DNA of 64,000 nucleotides. Origin: Leptospiraceae bacterium. Its GTDB lineage: Bacteria > Spirochaetota > Leptospiria > Leptospirales > Leptonemataceae. The notes under the pieces are model-generated. The model saw nothing but the letters and a program-made list of their open reading frames with translations. It was not told the DNA's origin and did not search any database. Of this stretch, positions 19,483 to 29,545 are shown piece by piece (the stretch's first letter is position 1; the number at the start of each line of letters is the position of its first letter). Position numbers and translations under genes: made by a program. The DNA is taken from positions 224,001-288,000 of the forward strand of contig JAVJNR010000002.1 of the NCBI GenBank assembly GCA_040217195.1, in the 5' to 3' direction.

Positions 19483-19618
19483 TCTTTCCCAGCTTCCATC
19501 TGGGGAATCTGTGGATAAAGCTTTTTTCAGTCAATTGCAGAGACTTCTATCAGAACGATACTGGAGATTGTGAAATTAGTCCCGGGCCACAACGATTTAC
19601 GGGAAGATTCCAGCCAGG

Positions 19619-20566
19619 CTATGTGCGACTTGATGCCCCGTTTCCGAGAGTTCGAACATTGGTTTTCTCAAAGGAATAAACCATCATATCGCCCTGGTTG
19701 ATAGTTTTTACCGTGGCATCCGCTATTTTTTTGGCCATTCGATACATGGATCCCATCCCTTTATAGGAAGTGAAGCCGGAGCCATAGGTGACTTTTCCGT
19801 TGGATTTCAATCCGTAGCGGGAGGCCATTTTCTCCAGTGTAGAAGGCGAGAAATAGAATAGATGCTCCGGAACGTTTAGAAATCTCCATCTGGGTCCCAG
19901 AATTCTGGAAAGCAAACCCCAGCGGCAGGTAGAAAGGATGAGCCGGCCCCCGGGACGGAGCATACTGCTGATCTTTCGGAGCGCTTCGGCAGGGCTTCTC
20001 AGGTGCTCAATGGAAGCCCAGAGGGTAATAAGCTCATAGGGTTGCGACGGCTGAAACTGCAAAAAATCCTGGATGTGAATTTTCAGTCCCATTTTTTCAA
20101 TGCCAGCTTTCGCAGCACTTTCGCTCAACTCAATGCCCTCTGATTGCCAGCCCCGGCGATTTAGATAATCCACAAAAAAGCCGGCGGCACAGCCCACATC
20201 CAGAGCAACTTTACTGGTGCCAGGGGAATTCTCGAATTCAAAGAAACCCACATCCCTGAGATTCATGTTCCACACAATTTCCAGCTGCTTTCGCATATTT
20301 TCTGAAAAGTAGTCATTGTAACCGCGGTCCGTGCGATTCTCAAAATAATGAGCACCGTAGCATTGCTCCAGCTCTTCATCGTTTGGTCTGGGTAGAGTCT
20401 GCACCAGGCCGCATCCTTTGCATTTATGGATTTCGAAGCGCTTCCCACTGGCGGACGGTTTAGAAAATAGGAAACGAAAATCATCTATTGAGCACAAATC
20501 ACAGAGCTCTGAGTCCGGTCTTTCCAGCTGTTGTTTTTGAATTGCCTGCACGATTGATATATTCAT
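19619..20566 (-). CDS. Class I SAM-dependent methyltransferase with N-terminal Zn-ribbon
   Basis: CDLC...CKGCGLV, LDVGCAAG, ITLWASIEH and VPEHLFYF; ATG at 20566 chosen because the longer ORF (to 20914) overlaps the divergent ferredoxin. Confidence 0.85.
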   Translation of the reverse strand: MNISIVQAIQKQQLERPDSELCDLCSIDDFRFLFSKPSASGKRFEIHKCKGCGLVQTLPRPNDEELEQCYGAHYFENRTDRGYNDYFSENMRKQLEIVWNMNLRDVGFFEFENSPGTSKVALDVGCAAGFFVDYLNRRGWQSEGIELSESAAKAGIEKMGLKIHIQDFLQFQPSQPYELITLWASIEHLRSPAEALRKISSMLRPGGRLILSTCRWGLLSRILGPRWRFLNVPEHLFYFSPSTLEKMASRYGLKSNGKVTYGSGFTSYKGMGSMYRMAKKIADATVKTINQGDMMVYSFEKTNVRTLGNGASSRT

Positions 20567-20578
20567 CGTCACCACAGA

Positions 20579-21217
20579 ATGGACCGAAAGGACTTTTTCA
20601 GTCGGGGGATAAAGGATCTGACGCGGAAGGCTTATCGGACTCCTCCCGGTCAATGGCTGGACAAAAACTTGCAGGCCATGTCCAATTTGCTCAGTCCTGC
20701 CTGGGGCTTTGGGATCTCCGAAGAGAAAAGCTCTGCCCCGGAACCGCAACCATTCTCCCGCAATCGAGGATTGCCCCGACCTCCCGGAGCACTGCCGGAT
20801 CCTGCAGAATTCAATAAGGCATGTACTGCCTGCGGTGACTGTATTGTAGCATGCCCTTACGGAGCTATTTTTACAATTCCGGACGTATACGGTCCGGTAC
20901 TGGATCCCAACCATCTAGCATGCCATCTATGTGAGGACTACCCTTGCATTGAGGCCTGCCCCGATTCTGCTTTGCTACCACTGGAGGAAGGTTCCCTTCC
21001 TGGATTTGGACTGGCCGAGCTACACCAGGATGCCTGCCTGAATGAGCATCGTAAGAAGGGTCAAAAGAAGTGCAAAGAATGCTATGAACAATGCCCGGTG
21101 GAGAATGCGATAATCTACGATACCAGGGGCTTACCAGATATTCAGGAGCAATGTACAGGATGCGGTCTTTGTGTTGAGCATTGTCCCACCGGTGCACTGA
21201 AAGTAACCTGGGGCTAA
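20579..21217 (+). CDS. Poly-4Fe-4S ferredoxin, NapF/NapG/MauM-like
   Basis: RPPGA followed by CTACGDCIVACP, CHLCEDYPCIEACP, CKECYEQCP and CTGCGLCVEHCP. Confidence 0.88.
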   Translation: MDRKDFFSRGIKDLTRKAYRTPPGQWLDKNLQAMSNLLSPAWGFGISEEKSSAPEPQPFSRNRGLPRPPGALPDPAEFNKACTACGDCIVACPYGAIFTIPDVYGPVLDPNHLACHLCEDYPCIEACPDSALLPLEEGSLPGFGLAELHQDACLNEHRKKGQKKCKECYEQCPVENAIIYDTRGLPDIQEQCTGCGLCVEHCPTGALKVTWG

Positions 21218-21281
21218 TTCCAATCCTGCTTTGCAGTGGCTTCCTTTCTATAAGGGACATTGAGCTTGACAGTTCAGAGGC

Positions 21282-22061
21282 TTGGACTCACGTTATAGCG
21301 TGGCTAAAGTCAAAAAAGGCGGACTATTTTTCTCTCTATTCGTTTGGGTATCCGTTGTTCTAATTACCTTGTTTTACGGAATCCTGGTGATGCCCTTTGT
21401 TTTGTTTCGCGCATCTCACATCATTCACTGGTTTGCAACCATGTGGGGGCGGACTCTGTTAAAGCTTTCCTTTTCTAGAGTTACTGTAACCGGAAAGGAA
21501 AAGATTTATCGAGAAGGTCCGGTAATCTTTCTTAGTAACCATCAAAGCATGTTTGATATTGGAGTGTTCTACCACTTCCTGGATGTTGCAGTTCAGTTTC
21601 GCTGGATGGCCAAAGCTTCTTTGTTCAAGATTCCCATTATGGGCTGGGCCATGAAAGCTGGTGGATACATTCCGGTTGAAAGAGGAGATCGCAGAAAGGC
21701 ATTGCAGTCCATGTTTGATGCAGCGGATCAGATACGGCAGGGGAAGAGTGTGATCATTTTTCCAGAAGGAACGAGAGGTACTCCGGAAGGCAAGTTGCTT
21801 CAATTCAAGAAAGGTGGATTCATTCTGGCCAAGAAAGCTAATGTAACTCTGCAGCCTGTTACCATCTGGGGCGCGCATGAGATCATGCCTCCGCAAAGAG
21901 ACAAGAAGTTGCAGCGTTTAAATCGAGGCCATATCCAGGTCACGGTGCATGATCCGATTCCACCCGAGCGGTATGCGAACCTCAGTCCTGATCAGTTATC
22001 GAATCTAATTCGAGAGAAGATCGAAGAATCAACCAATGTGGACGATCCGGCCGGGGATTAA
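21282..22061 (+). CDS. plsC: 1-acyl-sn-glycerol-3-phosphate acyltransferase
   Basis: NHQSMFD (HxxxxD) and FPEGTR motifs; start codon uncertain (TTG 21282 or GTG 21300). Confidence 0.88.
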   Translation: MDSRYSVAKVKKGGLFFSLFVWVSVVLITLFYGILVMPFVLFRASHIIHWFATMWGRTLLKLSFSRVTVTGKEKIYREGPVIFLSNHQSMFDIGVFYHFLDVAVQFRWMAKASLFKIPIMGWAMKAGGYIPVERGDRRKALQSMFDAADQIRQGKSVIIFPEGTRGTPEGKLLQFKKGGFILAKKANVTLQPVTIWGAHEIMPPQRDKKLQRLNRGHIQVTVHDPIPPERYANLSPDQLSNLIREKIEESTNVDDPAGD

Positions 22062-22064
22062 ACA

Positions 22065-25000
22065 ATGCCAGAGAGCCGAGTCAGAGGCATACTATTTCTG
22101 TTCTGTCTGGCCCTTACTACTCAAATTGCCTGCAAGCCTGCAGCTGAGCCTGCCAGGGTTGACTTCGGCTCTTCGCCGATCTATGTAGAACCCGGATTCA
22201 GGGACTCCCTTCTTACAAATTTCGCCCCGACAGACCGGGGCAGAATCTATGCCTCCTTTCCCATTGCTCCTCTGGATCATTTTCCGGTGGAACATCCAGG
22301 AAAGCTCATTGAGTTTACTTTTTTTATTCCATTTACTCTGTCGGATGCTGAACGTGAGCGTCTGGTATCACCTGCAATTTTCTTTCCAGGTCTAGGGGAA
22401 AACTATGTGATCTATATGAATGGTGAGGAGATCGCCAGCGAGCTTCATATACAGGGAGGTGAAATTCAAAAAAGAAGAACGGAACTCTCTTTGTCTGTGC
22501 CCATCAAGCGAGAACTTCTCCAGGCTGGAGATAACCTTCTGGTCATTCGTTTACTGGGACATTCGCCGCCCGGTGGTGATGCAGCGCCTGTTCCAGGAAT
22601 GTTCTACGATGGCGGTTATTTTCTGGGCGAACAATGGGATGTGCGAAATAGCGGCACAGATACGTTTAATCTGATTCTGGTTTCTCTCTATTTAGCTTTT
22701 GGTATTTACTATCTACTGGTATTTTTTCGCCGGCCCAGGGAGCTTTACGGGCTCTACTTTTTCTTATTTACATTGGGCACATTCGGCTTCTATTTCTTTC
22801 GCACTCGCATCGCCTATGACCTAATTGATGATACTGAGAATCTGACCCGATGGGAAAACGCATCCATATTCCTGCTTCCGGGAGTGTTAATGCTTTTTCT
22901 GATTACATATCTGAGATACCGGGAAAAGATTCCTGTATGGGGTTGGATAGTCGGTGGAGTGAATGCTCTGTTTTCATTGCTTGCACTAACTGTGCCGTTT
23001 TCCCTGGTTTCCTTTCTCGTGGAGATCTGGAGGTTGCTTCAGATTCCTCTCATGGTATGGCTTCCCATTTTCCACGTCCTCAGCATACGCAGAAAGGACC
23101 GGGATGCAGGCCGATTCATGGCCGCCCTGGTTCTGCTTCTGTCAGCGGCGGTGTTTGATTTAATAAATAGTATTTATCATCTAATTTCCATGGAGCCCAC
23201 CTTTCGATGGGGCTTTTTTGGTTATGCACTGCTGCTGGTCACCATTATGGGCAATCGATTCCTGGTCTCTCTTAGAGAGTCCGAGCAATTGAATGAAAAG
23301 CTGGAAGCGGCTCGAGTGGAACTGGAAGAAGCAGCGCGCATGCGCGATACCTTTGTGGCTGCGGCTTCCCATGAAATCAGAACTCCGGTACATGGAATCC
23401 TGGGAATTTCAAGAATCCTTCTGATGGAAAATCAGCCGGGAGGTGAGGGTCTCAGCCCATCCCTGAGGCATTCTCTGGAGCTAATACGTGAAAGCGCAGT
23501 ACGTCTCAGTCGTCTTGTGGACGATTTTGTAGACCATAGCCGCTTAAAAGAAGGCCAGCTGAAGATCAATCGCAGCGCAGTCAGATTACATCCTGTGGTG
23601 GAGTACTGCATTGCATCCGTAGGAAATCAGCTGAATCAGCCCCTGGAATTAATAAACTCCGTAGAAGAAGAAATCCCTCCTCTGTATGCTGATGAATTGC
23701 GACTCCAGCAAATACTCATCAATTTGCTAAGCAATGCCATTAAGTTTACCCGGGAAGGAACCGTGCGTGTTAGTGCCACGTTGAATAAGGGTACCGTTGA
23801 GATTGCAGTTTCAGATACAGGCATTGGCATTCCGGCCGACAAACTGGAAGAAGTATTCAAGCCCTTTAACCAGGCCAATGCGGCCATCGCTCGGACCTAC
23901 GGGGGTACCGGACTGGGACTCTACATTGTGCGAAGACTTGTTGAACTCCATGAAGGGACTCTTGACCTGGAAAGTCGCCCCGGTCGGGGCTCTCGTTTTA
24001 GCTTCAGGCTACCATTGTATGATTTTGCCGGAAGGCCGATGGTGGAGCAGAGCGCTCCAAGCGGTCGAGCGTTGAAGCAATTTCGATTACTGGAGGAAGT
24101 CACCAGGGAGAGTGCATCCACATTTAAGAAAGAGGAAAAGCGCCCGGCTGTGGTGATCGTGGATGATGAGAGAATCAATGCTGCAGTCTTAAGAGGAATT
24201 CTGGAACCGGCTGGCTTTGATATCATAATGTTTAGAAATGCCCGGGACGCTATCTATTATTTTCAGACTGGTGGCCGCGTGGATCTTGCCATTCTTGATT
24301 TGATGCTGGGTGGCATGTCAGGCCTGGATCTATGTCTCTGGATTCGAGAATCCTATTCATCCGTGGATTTGCCTGTACTCATTCTGACCGCCCATGGGGA
24401 CAATGATCGAATGGTAGAGGGTTTTGCAGCTGGTGCCAACGATTATCTGGAGAAGCCCGTGGATCCGGTGGAGCTTCTGGCGCGCGTTCGTACACTTGTG
24501 GATCTGCGATTTTCAACCAGAGAGAAAACCGAATTACTTAGCTACCGCCAGGAATTACAGATCGCCCGAAAAATCCACATGGAACTTCTGCCTTCGGAAC
24601 TACCCGTGCTGGACCAGCTATGCACAAAAGTACGTTATCTTCCACGGGGTGATCTGGGTGGCGATTATTATGATGTTCAGCTCGTGGATAGCGGGGCCGT
24701 AGCCATTCTTGCAGATGTTACCGGTCATGGAATTGCTGCTGCACTGGGAGCTGCCATGATTCGGGTGGCTTTCTTACTGCAGAGAGAACACTGGCAGAGA
24801 CCGGACCAGGTTCTGTATGGAGTGAATCGAATACTTCTGGATGTAGGCAGCTCTCAACTGGTAACCGCTGTATGTGCTTTTGTAGATCTAAGTACCAATA
24901 CGCTTCACCTGGCCAGAGCCGGACATCTACCGGCTGCATTGCTTAGGGCGGATGGAAGTCTGGAAGTGCTCTTTCCCAGAGGCCGAGTCATGGGCTGGCT

Positions 25001-25298
25001 TAGAGATCTAAACCTGGCACCATTGGAGTACCCTTTTCAGCCAGGGGATCGACTTGTTCTATTTACCGATGGAGTGACGGAACTCAGGAATTCTGGCGGC
25101 GAATTTCTGGGTGAAGAGCGGATCCTGGAATTCCTGGAGAAGAATGGTAATCTGACCTCCGATGAGCTTTCCGATTCATTGATGGATTTTGTTCATTCCT
25201 GGCATTCGGAGCCAGAAGACGATATTGCAGTGTTAGTTCTGGAGCATGTACAAGCGAAAGTGCAGTTGGAGGTAATCAGTTCTACGGAGAATCAGTGA
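22065..25298 (+). CDS. 7TM-DISM-type hybrid sensor: histidine kinase + receiver + PP2C/SpoIIE phosphatase
   Basis: Periplasmic beta domain and ~7 TM; SHEIRTP (H box), NLLSNAIKFT, DTGIGI, GGTGLGL; VDD...LDLML receiver; GGDYYD, ADVTGHG, LFTDG and EDDIA PP2C motifs. Confidence 0.9.
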   Translation: MPESRVRGILFLFCLALTTQIACKPAAEPARVDFGSSPIYVEPGFRDSLLTNFAPTDRGRIYASFPIAPLDHFPVEHPGKLIEFTFFIPFTLSDAERERLVSPAIFFPGLGENYVIYMNGEEIASELHIQGGEIQKRRTELSLSVPIKRELLQAGDNLLVIRLLGHSPPGGDAAPVPGMFYDGGYFLGEQWDVRNSGTDTFNLILVSLYLAFGIYYLLVFFRRPRELYGLYFFLFTLGTFGFYFFRTRIAYDLIDDTENLTRWENASIFLLPGVLMLFLITYLRYREKIPVWGWIVGGVNALFSLLALTVPFSLVSFLVEIWRLLQIPLMVWLPIFHVLSIRRKDRDAGRFMAALVLLLSAAVFDLINSIYHLISMEPTFRWGFFGYALLLVTIMGNRFLVSLRESEQLNEKLEAARVELEEAARMRDTFVAAASHEIRTPVHGILGISRILLMENQPGGEGLSPSLRHSLELIRESAVRLSRLVDDFVDHSRLKEGQLKINRSAVRLHPVVEYCIASVGNQLNQPLELINSVEEEIPPLYADELRLQQILINLLSNAIKFTREGTVRVSATLNKGTVEIAVSDTGIGIPADKLEEVFKPFNQANAAIARTYGGTGLGLYIVRRLVELHEGTLDLESRPGRGSRFSFRLPLYDFAGRPMVEQSAPSGRALKQFRLLEEVTRESASTFKKEEKRPAVVIVDDERINAAVLRGILEPAGFDIIMFRNARDAIYYFQTGGRVDLAILDLMLGGMSGLDLCLWIRESYSSVDLPVLILTAHGDNDRMVEGFAAGANDYLEKPVDPVELLARVRTLVDLRFSTREKTELLSYRQELQIARKIHMELLPSELPVLDQLCTKVRYLPRGDLGGDYYDVQLVDSGAVAILADVTGHGIAAALGAAMIRVAFLLQREHWQRPDQVLYGVNRILLDVGSSQLVTAVCAFVDLSTNTLHLARAGHLPAALLRADGSLEVLFPRGRVMGWLRDLNLAPLEYPFQPGDRLVLFTDGVTELRNSGGEFLGEERILEFLEKNGNLTSDELSDSLMDFVHSWHSEPEDDIAVLVLEHVQAKVQLEVISSTENQ

Positions 25299-25329
25299 TA
25301 GCTCAGGTTCCCCGGGAACGATAAAAGAA

Positions 25330-25866
25330 CTATCGATTCTTTCTTTGTTCCTCCCATTCCTTCCATAGAGACGGCAATCTACGTTCAAACCATTCATAAA
25401 ACTCTAAAAGCTCCTGCACCATCCTTCTACTATTGGACTCTGGTTCAGTGAAATTGATACCATCTCGAACAATCAGCTTAAAATCCTGAATCATCTCCAG
25501 CCTTTTAGAAAACATGGAATTCAGTGCATCATATTTTACTCTGAAATAGTCCTGCCTTTCGCCACGTTTGCCGGTTTTTTCTATGATTCCGCGCTCCATC
25601 AAGAACCGAGTCATAGTAGAAACAGAACCCCGGGAAGCATGGAGAAGATCTAGAATTTCCGATGTAGATACCACTTCTCTGGTATCTGTTAGTAGCAAAC
25701 CAAAGATTCTGCCTGCCATTCTTGGAAGCCCACTTCTTTCAAAGAAGATTCCCATTCGCTCCAGATAATCCAGCCTGGCCTCTGTCAATTCCAGGCGACG
25801 GCCTTTCTTAGCAGAGATCCCGTTCTCTTCATCTGTTGTTCTGCCTGTTTTCTTTTTTCGCGTCAT
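25330..25866 (-). CDS. GbsR/MarR-family transcriptional regulator
   Basis: GLPRMAGRIFGLL, SRGSVSTMTRFL and GERQDYF. Confidence 0.88.
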   Translation of the reverse strand: MTRKKKTGRTTDEENGISAKKGRRLELTEARLDYLERMGIFFERSGLPRMAGRIFGLLLTDTREVVSTSEILDLLHASRGSVSTMTRFLMERGIIEKTGKRGERQDYFRVKYDALNSMFSKRLEMIQDFKLIVRDGINFTEPESNSRRMVQELLEFYEWFERRLPSLWKEWEEQRKNR

Positions 25867-25881
25867 TTTGATCCTGGCAAA

Positions 25882-27372
25882 CTAGAAGTGCCATCGCATA
25901 TAAATAAAGGCCTGAGGTGGCGCGCCCTGGAATTCAGACTCTTGTGGATGATCGCCTGTCTGATAGAGACGTGCTCCTGCGACGATTAGAATTTCATTGC
26001 TTGCATTGAAAGAAAACTGAGGACCGTAGAGAACGCTGCCGCCTTCCGGATCCCAGATAGCAAATACATCGCCTGTAATTAGTTCGGTGATATTGTAGCC
26101 CAGGGAGGCCTGCACCAGGTAAGGATTCCTGGTGAGAATACGGCCTCTTGTGCGAAAGAAGCTTTCGTCACGGAGTTCTGGCTCACTCTGATTCGATGCC
26201 ACTTCCAGTTCCTGGCCTTGCTGCTCTGGAATATAAGGGTCCTCTCCATAGGGACGGGAATTGTAAAACACTTCGAAATTGGTCCGTAGCTCTCCCCAGA
26301 AGGCGTAGCTGGCCCCCAGAACGAATTGATGCGTATCGTTCTGAGCTAGATAGTCTGTATGAAATTCTTCATCTTCCTGGCGTCCCAGGTAAGCGAAGCG
26401 AAAGCCGGCATCCCAGACTGTTAGATTGAGCTCCGTTCCCCAGACATAGCTTCTGTGCTGCCTGCCCGCCAGAAATACCAGATCCAGATTTCCGTAGGTG
26501 CCCTTGAACCGTCCTATGGCCGTGGCATCCTCCGAGCGAAGGCGGCCAAGATCTCGTTCATCCTCTCTGGTGTAGGGAACCACAACCAGTTGCAGCGAAT
26601 CATATGAATTGAAGAAGTAGCTAGTATTAATTGCATCTGCACCGGGTACATCCTCCAGATCCTGGATCAATGGGCCCACAGGTGTAATCAGATCCATGGG
26701 ATTCAGTAGGCGGCCTTCTCCCCAGGAAATGGCCTGACGACCAACAGTGATGTGAAAGTCAGCACTCTTGTAAGCCGCATTAAGGCGATGGATGTCCCCA
26801 CGAATGACGTAGTCTCCGTGGTCCTGTATGGTTTCCATGGATAGCATTCGGTTACGAATCTCTGAAACAAAAAGAGGCTTAAATGCAGGGGAGTTGGGAT
26901 GGTTGGTGAATAGGAAATCTCCGTTTCCGCTCAATTCCGCCTGAATGGGGCCGCTTGAGTATTCCAGTTTCAATCTAAGGCGACTTTCTGAGATGACGTC
27001 CGTGTACTTTTTGTCAATGGGATAATATGGCTTCAGTCCCTGAATACCCTGGCGAAAGAAGCCTCCAAAGTGGTAGGGACTGTCAAATTCGCTCAGGTCA
27101 AAATCTGAATATTCGGATTCGCTACCGGAAGGTTCGTTGGATTTTTCTTCTGAATCCTGCTCGAGCGATGCCGGATTCTGACTGGACTGCTCAGATGTGA
27201 ACTCCGATTCCTCCGGCGGTGTCTGCGCCTCAACAGGCAGTGGGCCAGCAATACATAGAAAGCCAAGAACAAACAGAATAGTAATAGAATTGGCCCCGGA
27301 TTTACATTCAATCCTTCGCCAGGTACTTGCGGCAATACCTGCCTTTAGATTCCATTCTGGTGAAGCTTGCAT
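25882..27372 (-). CDS. Probable outer-membrane beta-barrel protein
   Basis: Signal peptide, VGRQAISWG motif, alternating beta strands and C-terminal YMRWHF. Confidence 0.72.
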   Translation of the reverse strand: MQASPEWNLKAGIAASTWRRIECKSGANSITILFVLGFLCIAGPLPVEAQTPPEESEFTSEQSSQNPASLEQDSEEKSNEPSGSESEYSDFDLSEFDSPYHFGGFFRQGIQGLKPYYPIDKKYTDVISESRLRLKLEYSSGPIQAELSGNGDFLFTNHPNSPAFKPLFVSEIRNRMLSMETIQDHGDYVIRGDIHRLNAAYKSADFHITVGRQAISWGEGRLLNPMDLITPVGPLIQDLEDVPGADAINTSYFFNSYDSLQLVVVPYTREDERDLGRLRSEDATAIGRFKGTYGNLDLVFLAGRQHRSYVWGTELNLTVWDAGFRFAYLGRQEDEEFHTDYLAQNDTHQFVLGASYAFWGELRTNFEVFYNSRPYGEDPYIPEQQGQELEVASNQSEPELRDESFFRTRGRILTRNPYLVQASLGYNITELITGDVFAIWDPEGGSVLYGPQFSFNASNEILIVAGARLYQTGDHPQESEFQGAPPQAFIYMRWHF

Positions 27373-27435
27373 TTGCCTCTCTCTGCTTAACTGCGAAGGC
27401 CAGGATACCGTGAGTCCTGAAGTCTGTCCGAGAGT

Positions 27436-28137
27436 TCAGGATTTAGTTTCATCTTTTTCGATTTTGCCGTCCCGCAGATGAATCAGGCGTCGGGCACTTT
27501 TGATGACTCGTTCATCGTGGGTACTGAATAGAAAGGTTGTGCCGGTTTCCTTACACATCTGAAGCATTAGTTCTATTAATTTCTCTGCATTGTGCGTATC
27601 CAGATTGGCAGTAGGCTCATCTGCCAGAACAACTTCCGGTTCTCCAATGAGAGCTCGTGCCACAGCAACCCTTTGCTGCTGACCACCGGAAAGCTGATCT
27701 GGAAAGCGATCCATAAGATCCTGCATATCCATACGGTCCGCCAGCTTTAGAATTCTGTCTTTTCGCTGCTTTGCATCCACACCTTGAAGTAGAAGGATGT
27801 ATTCCACATTCTCAAAAGCAGTGAGTACCGGAACCAGATTGTAAGCCTGGAAAACGAATCCAATATTCTGAAGACGAAAATCACTCAGGGCATTGCCGGA
27901 CAGAGCTGTGATATCCTGACCTTCAATGTTCACAACACCGCTGGTTGGTTTATCCAGGGCACCCATACAATTGAGCAGAGTACTCTTTCCTGAACCAGAA
28001 GGGCCCACCAGAGCTCCAAACTCACCTCGACCAAATGTAAGGTTTACGTCCGAAAGAGCATGGACCAGGGTTTCGCCCTGAATGTAGTCTCTGCTAAGGC
28101 CATCCACTTCTATGTAGTTTGTAGAAATTGCATTCAT
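27436..28137 (-). CDS. ABC transporter ATP-binding protein (LolD/MacB-type)
   Basis: GPSGSGKS, IGFVFQ, LSGGQQQRVAVARAL, ADEPTANLD and STHD. Confidence 0.95.
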   Translation of the reverse strand: MNAISTNYIEVDGLSRDYIQGETLVHALSDVNLTFGRGEFGALVGPSGSGKSTLLNCMGALDKPTSGVVNIEGQDITALSGNALSDFRLQNIGFVFQAYNLVPVLTAFENVEYILLLQGVDAKQRKDRILKLADRMDMQDLMDRFPDQLSGGQQQRVAVARALIGEPEVVLADEPTANLDTHNAEKLIELMLQMCKETGTTFLFSTHDERVIKSARRLIHLRDGKIEKDETKS

Positions 28138-28237
28138 TGGGTTTCCTCTTTATTCCCTGGCCGGCGCATCTGTGGTGCGGCGAACTCGATCTGACGGAAT
28201 ACCAGGCGGCCATAGTGACTGAAAGAATCGAAACAAT

Positions 28238-29545
28238 TCAATGTCGTCCTCCAATGGCTTCCACTGGCTGGATAGATGTTGCTTTGAAAGCTGGATAAAT
28301 GGAAGCCACTATACTCATTCCAATGGCTACATAGAATCCAAGGGAAATATCATCTGCCGTGATTCGTGGATATACAACTGTGCTCATGGAGCCTATCATT
28401 TCTACGCCACCTGCGAAACTTCCCAGCGGTATCCCTGAATAGGCAAGAGCGAGCACAAGTCCGCCTCCCAGCAGCAGCCCGGTGATTGCACCTGCCATAG
28501 CAAGCATTACCGACTCTACGATGATGGAGGCCACTATGAAGCTCTTTCGCGTACCTATGGCCATCTGGATTCCAATTTCTCTTGTGCGTTCAAAGACGCT
28601 CATCAGCACTGAATTAAGGAGCGTAAGCGCAAAGCCAGACATCAGTACTCCATAGATGATTCCTTTAATGTCTTCTATATAATTAAGCATGGTCTCGATC
28701 TGAGGTTGCAGCTGGAAAAAGGAAAGAACCTCGAACTTCATTTCTTCTTCGGTGCCGGAAGCCGGTAGAAGTGAATCCTCCAGGTACCGGTCCAGGGCAG
28801 ATGATTTATGAAGATCGCTACTCAGAAAGGTTATGTTACTGATCTGACTGGACTCCTTCTCGTAGAGATTACTTAGAGCGCTTCGGTGAACCAGAACTGT
28901 GTGTCGATCAATGCCGGTCATAGGGGATTCGAAAATGCCAACGATTCTGGCCCGGACAGATACAGATTGCGAGTCATGGTTACCCATGGTGAGGATGACG
29001 TAGTCGCCCAGTTCCAGTTCCATTCGCCGGGCATTAACTCTTCCAAGTAGGCAGGGAATAATACCGGTGGCGTCCAGCTCCAGATCTTGCGATAAATAGG
29101 CGCCTTCAACGATCCAATCATCAAAGGAGCTAACATGTTTTTCTCGCAGCGGATCCACACCGGTAATGACAACCCCTTCCTGGTAAGAGCCGATCCTTAG
29201 CAGGCCCTCCCGTTCAAATCGAGGAGCCAGATGTGCTGGTTGCAGCTCGGCGGGAATGTCCAGTTGATCCAATCGCTCAAGCAGGACGGATCCGTTTTCC
29301 AGTGTTCGGTTAATCTTACGTTCACTTTCAAATCCAGAAGGGCGAATCTGTACATGGCCCAGACCGGACTGCACTCCGCCACGAATCATGGAATCGACCA
29401 TGCCGTTGGAAAAACCCATGCTGAATAATACGCCAGTCATTCCCACGGTTGCCGTACTGATCACAAGGAGCGATCTTCTGCGGTGTCTTAATGCACTTCG
29501 CCAGGCGAAGATAATCAAAAAACTCAAGCGGTCCAGTAGTCTCAT
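28238..29545 (-). CDS. ABC transporter permease, FtsX/LolC/E-like
   Basis: AWRSALRHRRRSLL, large periplasmic domain, MSVFERTREIG and ASIYPA. Confidence 0.9.
   Translation of the reverse strand: MRLLDRLSFLIIFAWRSALRHRRRSLLVISTATVGMTGVLFSMGFSNGMVDSMIRGGVQSGLGHVQIRPSGFESERKINRTLENGSVLLERLDQLDIPAELQPAHLAPRFEREGLLRIGSYQEGVVITGVDPLREKHVSSFDDWIVEGAYLSQDLELDATGIIPCLLGRVNARRMELELGDYVILTMGNHDSQSVSVRARIVGIFESPMTGIDRHTVLVHRSALSNLYEKESSQISNITFLSSDLHKSSALDRYLEDSLLPASGTEEEMKFEVLSFFQLQPQIETMLNYIEDIKGIIYGVLMSGFALTLLNSVLMSVFERTREIGIQMAIGTRKSFIVASIIVESVMLAMAGAITGLLLGGGLVLALAYSGIPLGSFAGGVEMIGSMSTVVYPRITADDISLGFYVAIGMSIVASIYPAFKATSIQPVEAIGGRH

Noticed and set aside
19510..19518. Perfect DnaA box TGTGGATAA upstream of can
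   Set aside because: A single copy with no box cluster, AT-rich unwinding element or dnaA context; one 9-mer match in 64 kb is compatible with chance.
15807..19535. Shared 13-mer ATTGACTGAAAAA upstream of the SDR (plus strand) and can (minus strand)
   Set aside because: Opposite orientation relative to the genes, low complexity and only two copies; not distinguishable from chance.
20567..20914. N-terminal extension of the methyltransferase ORF (similar extensions on lepB, xseA, DUF554, the EAL protein and ORF 38634)
   Set aside because: Most extensions overlap well-supported neighbouring genes and none carries family motifs; downstream starts fit better.
20579..21217. Periplasmic nitrate reductase (nap) locus
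   Set aside because: Only the ferredoxin is present; there is no napA, napB or napH in the window.
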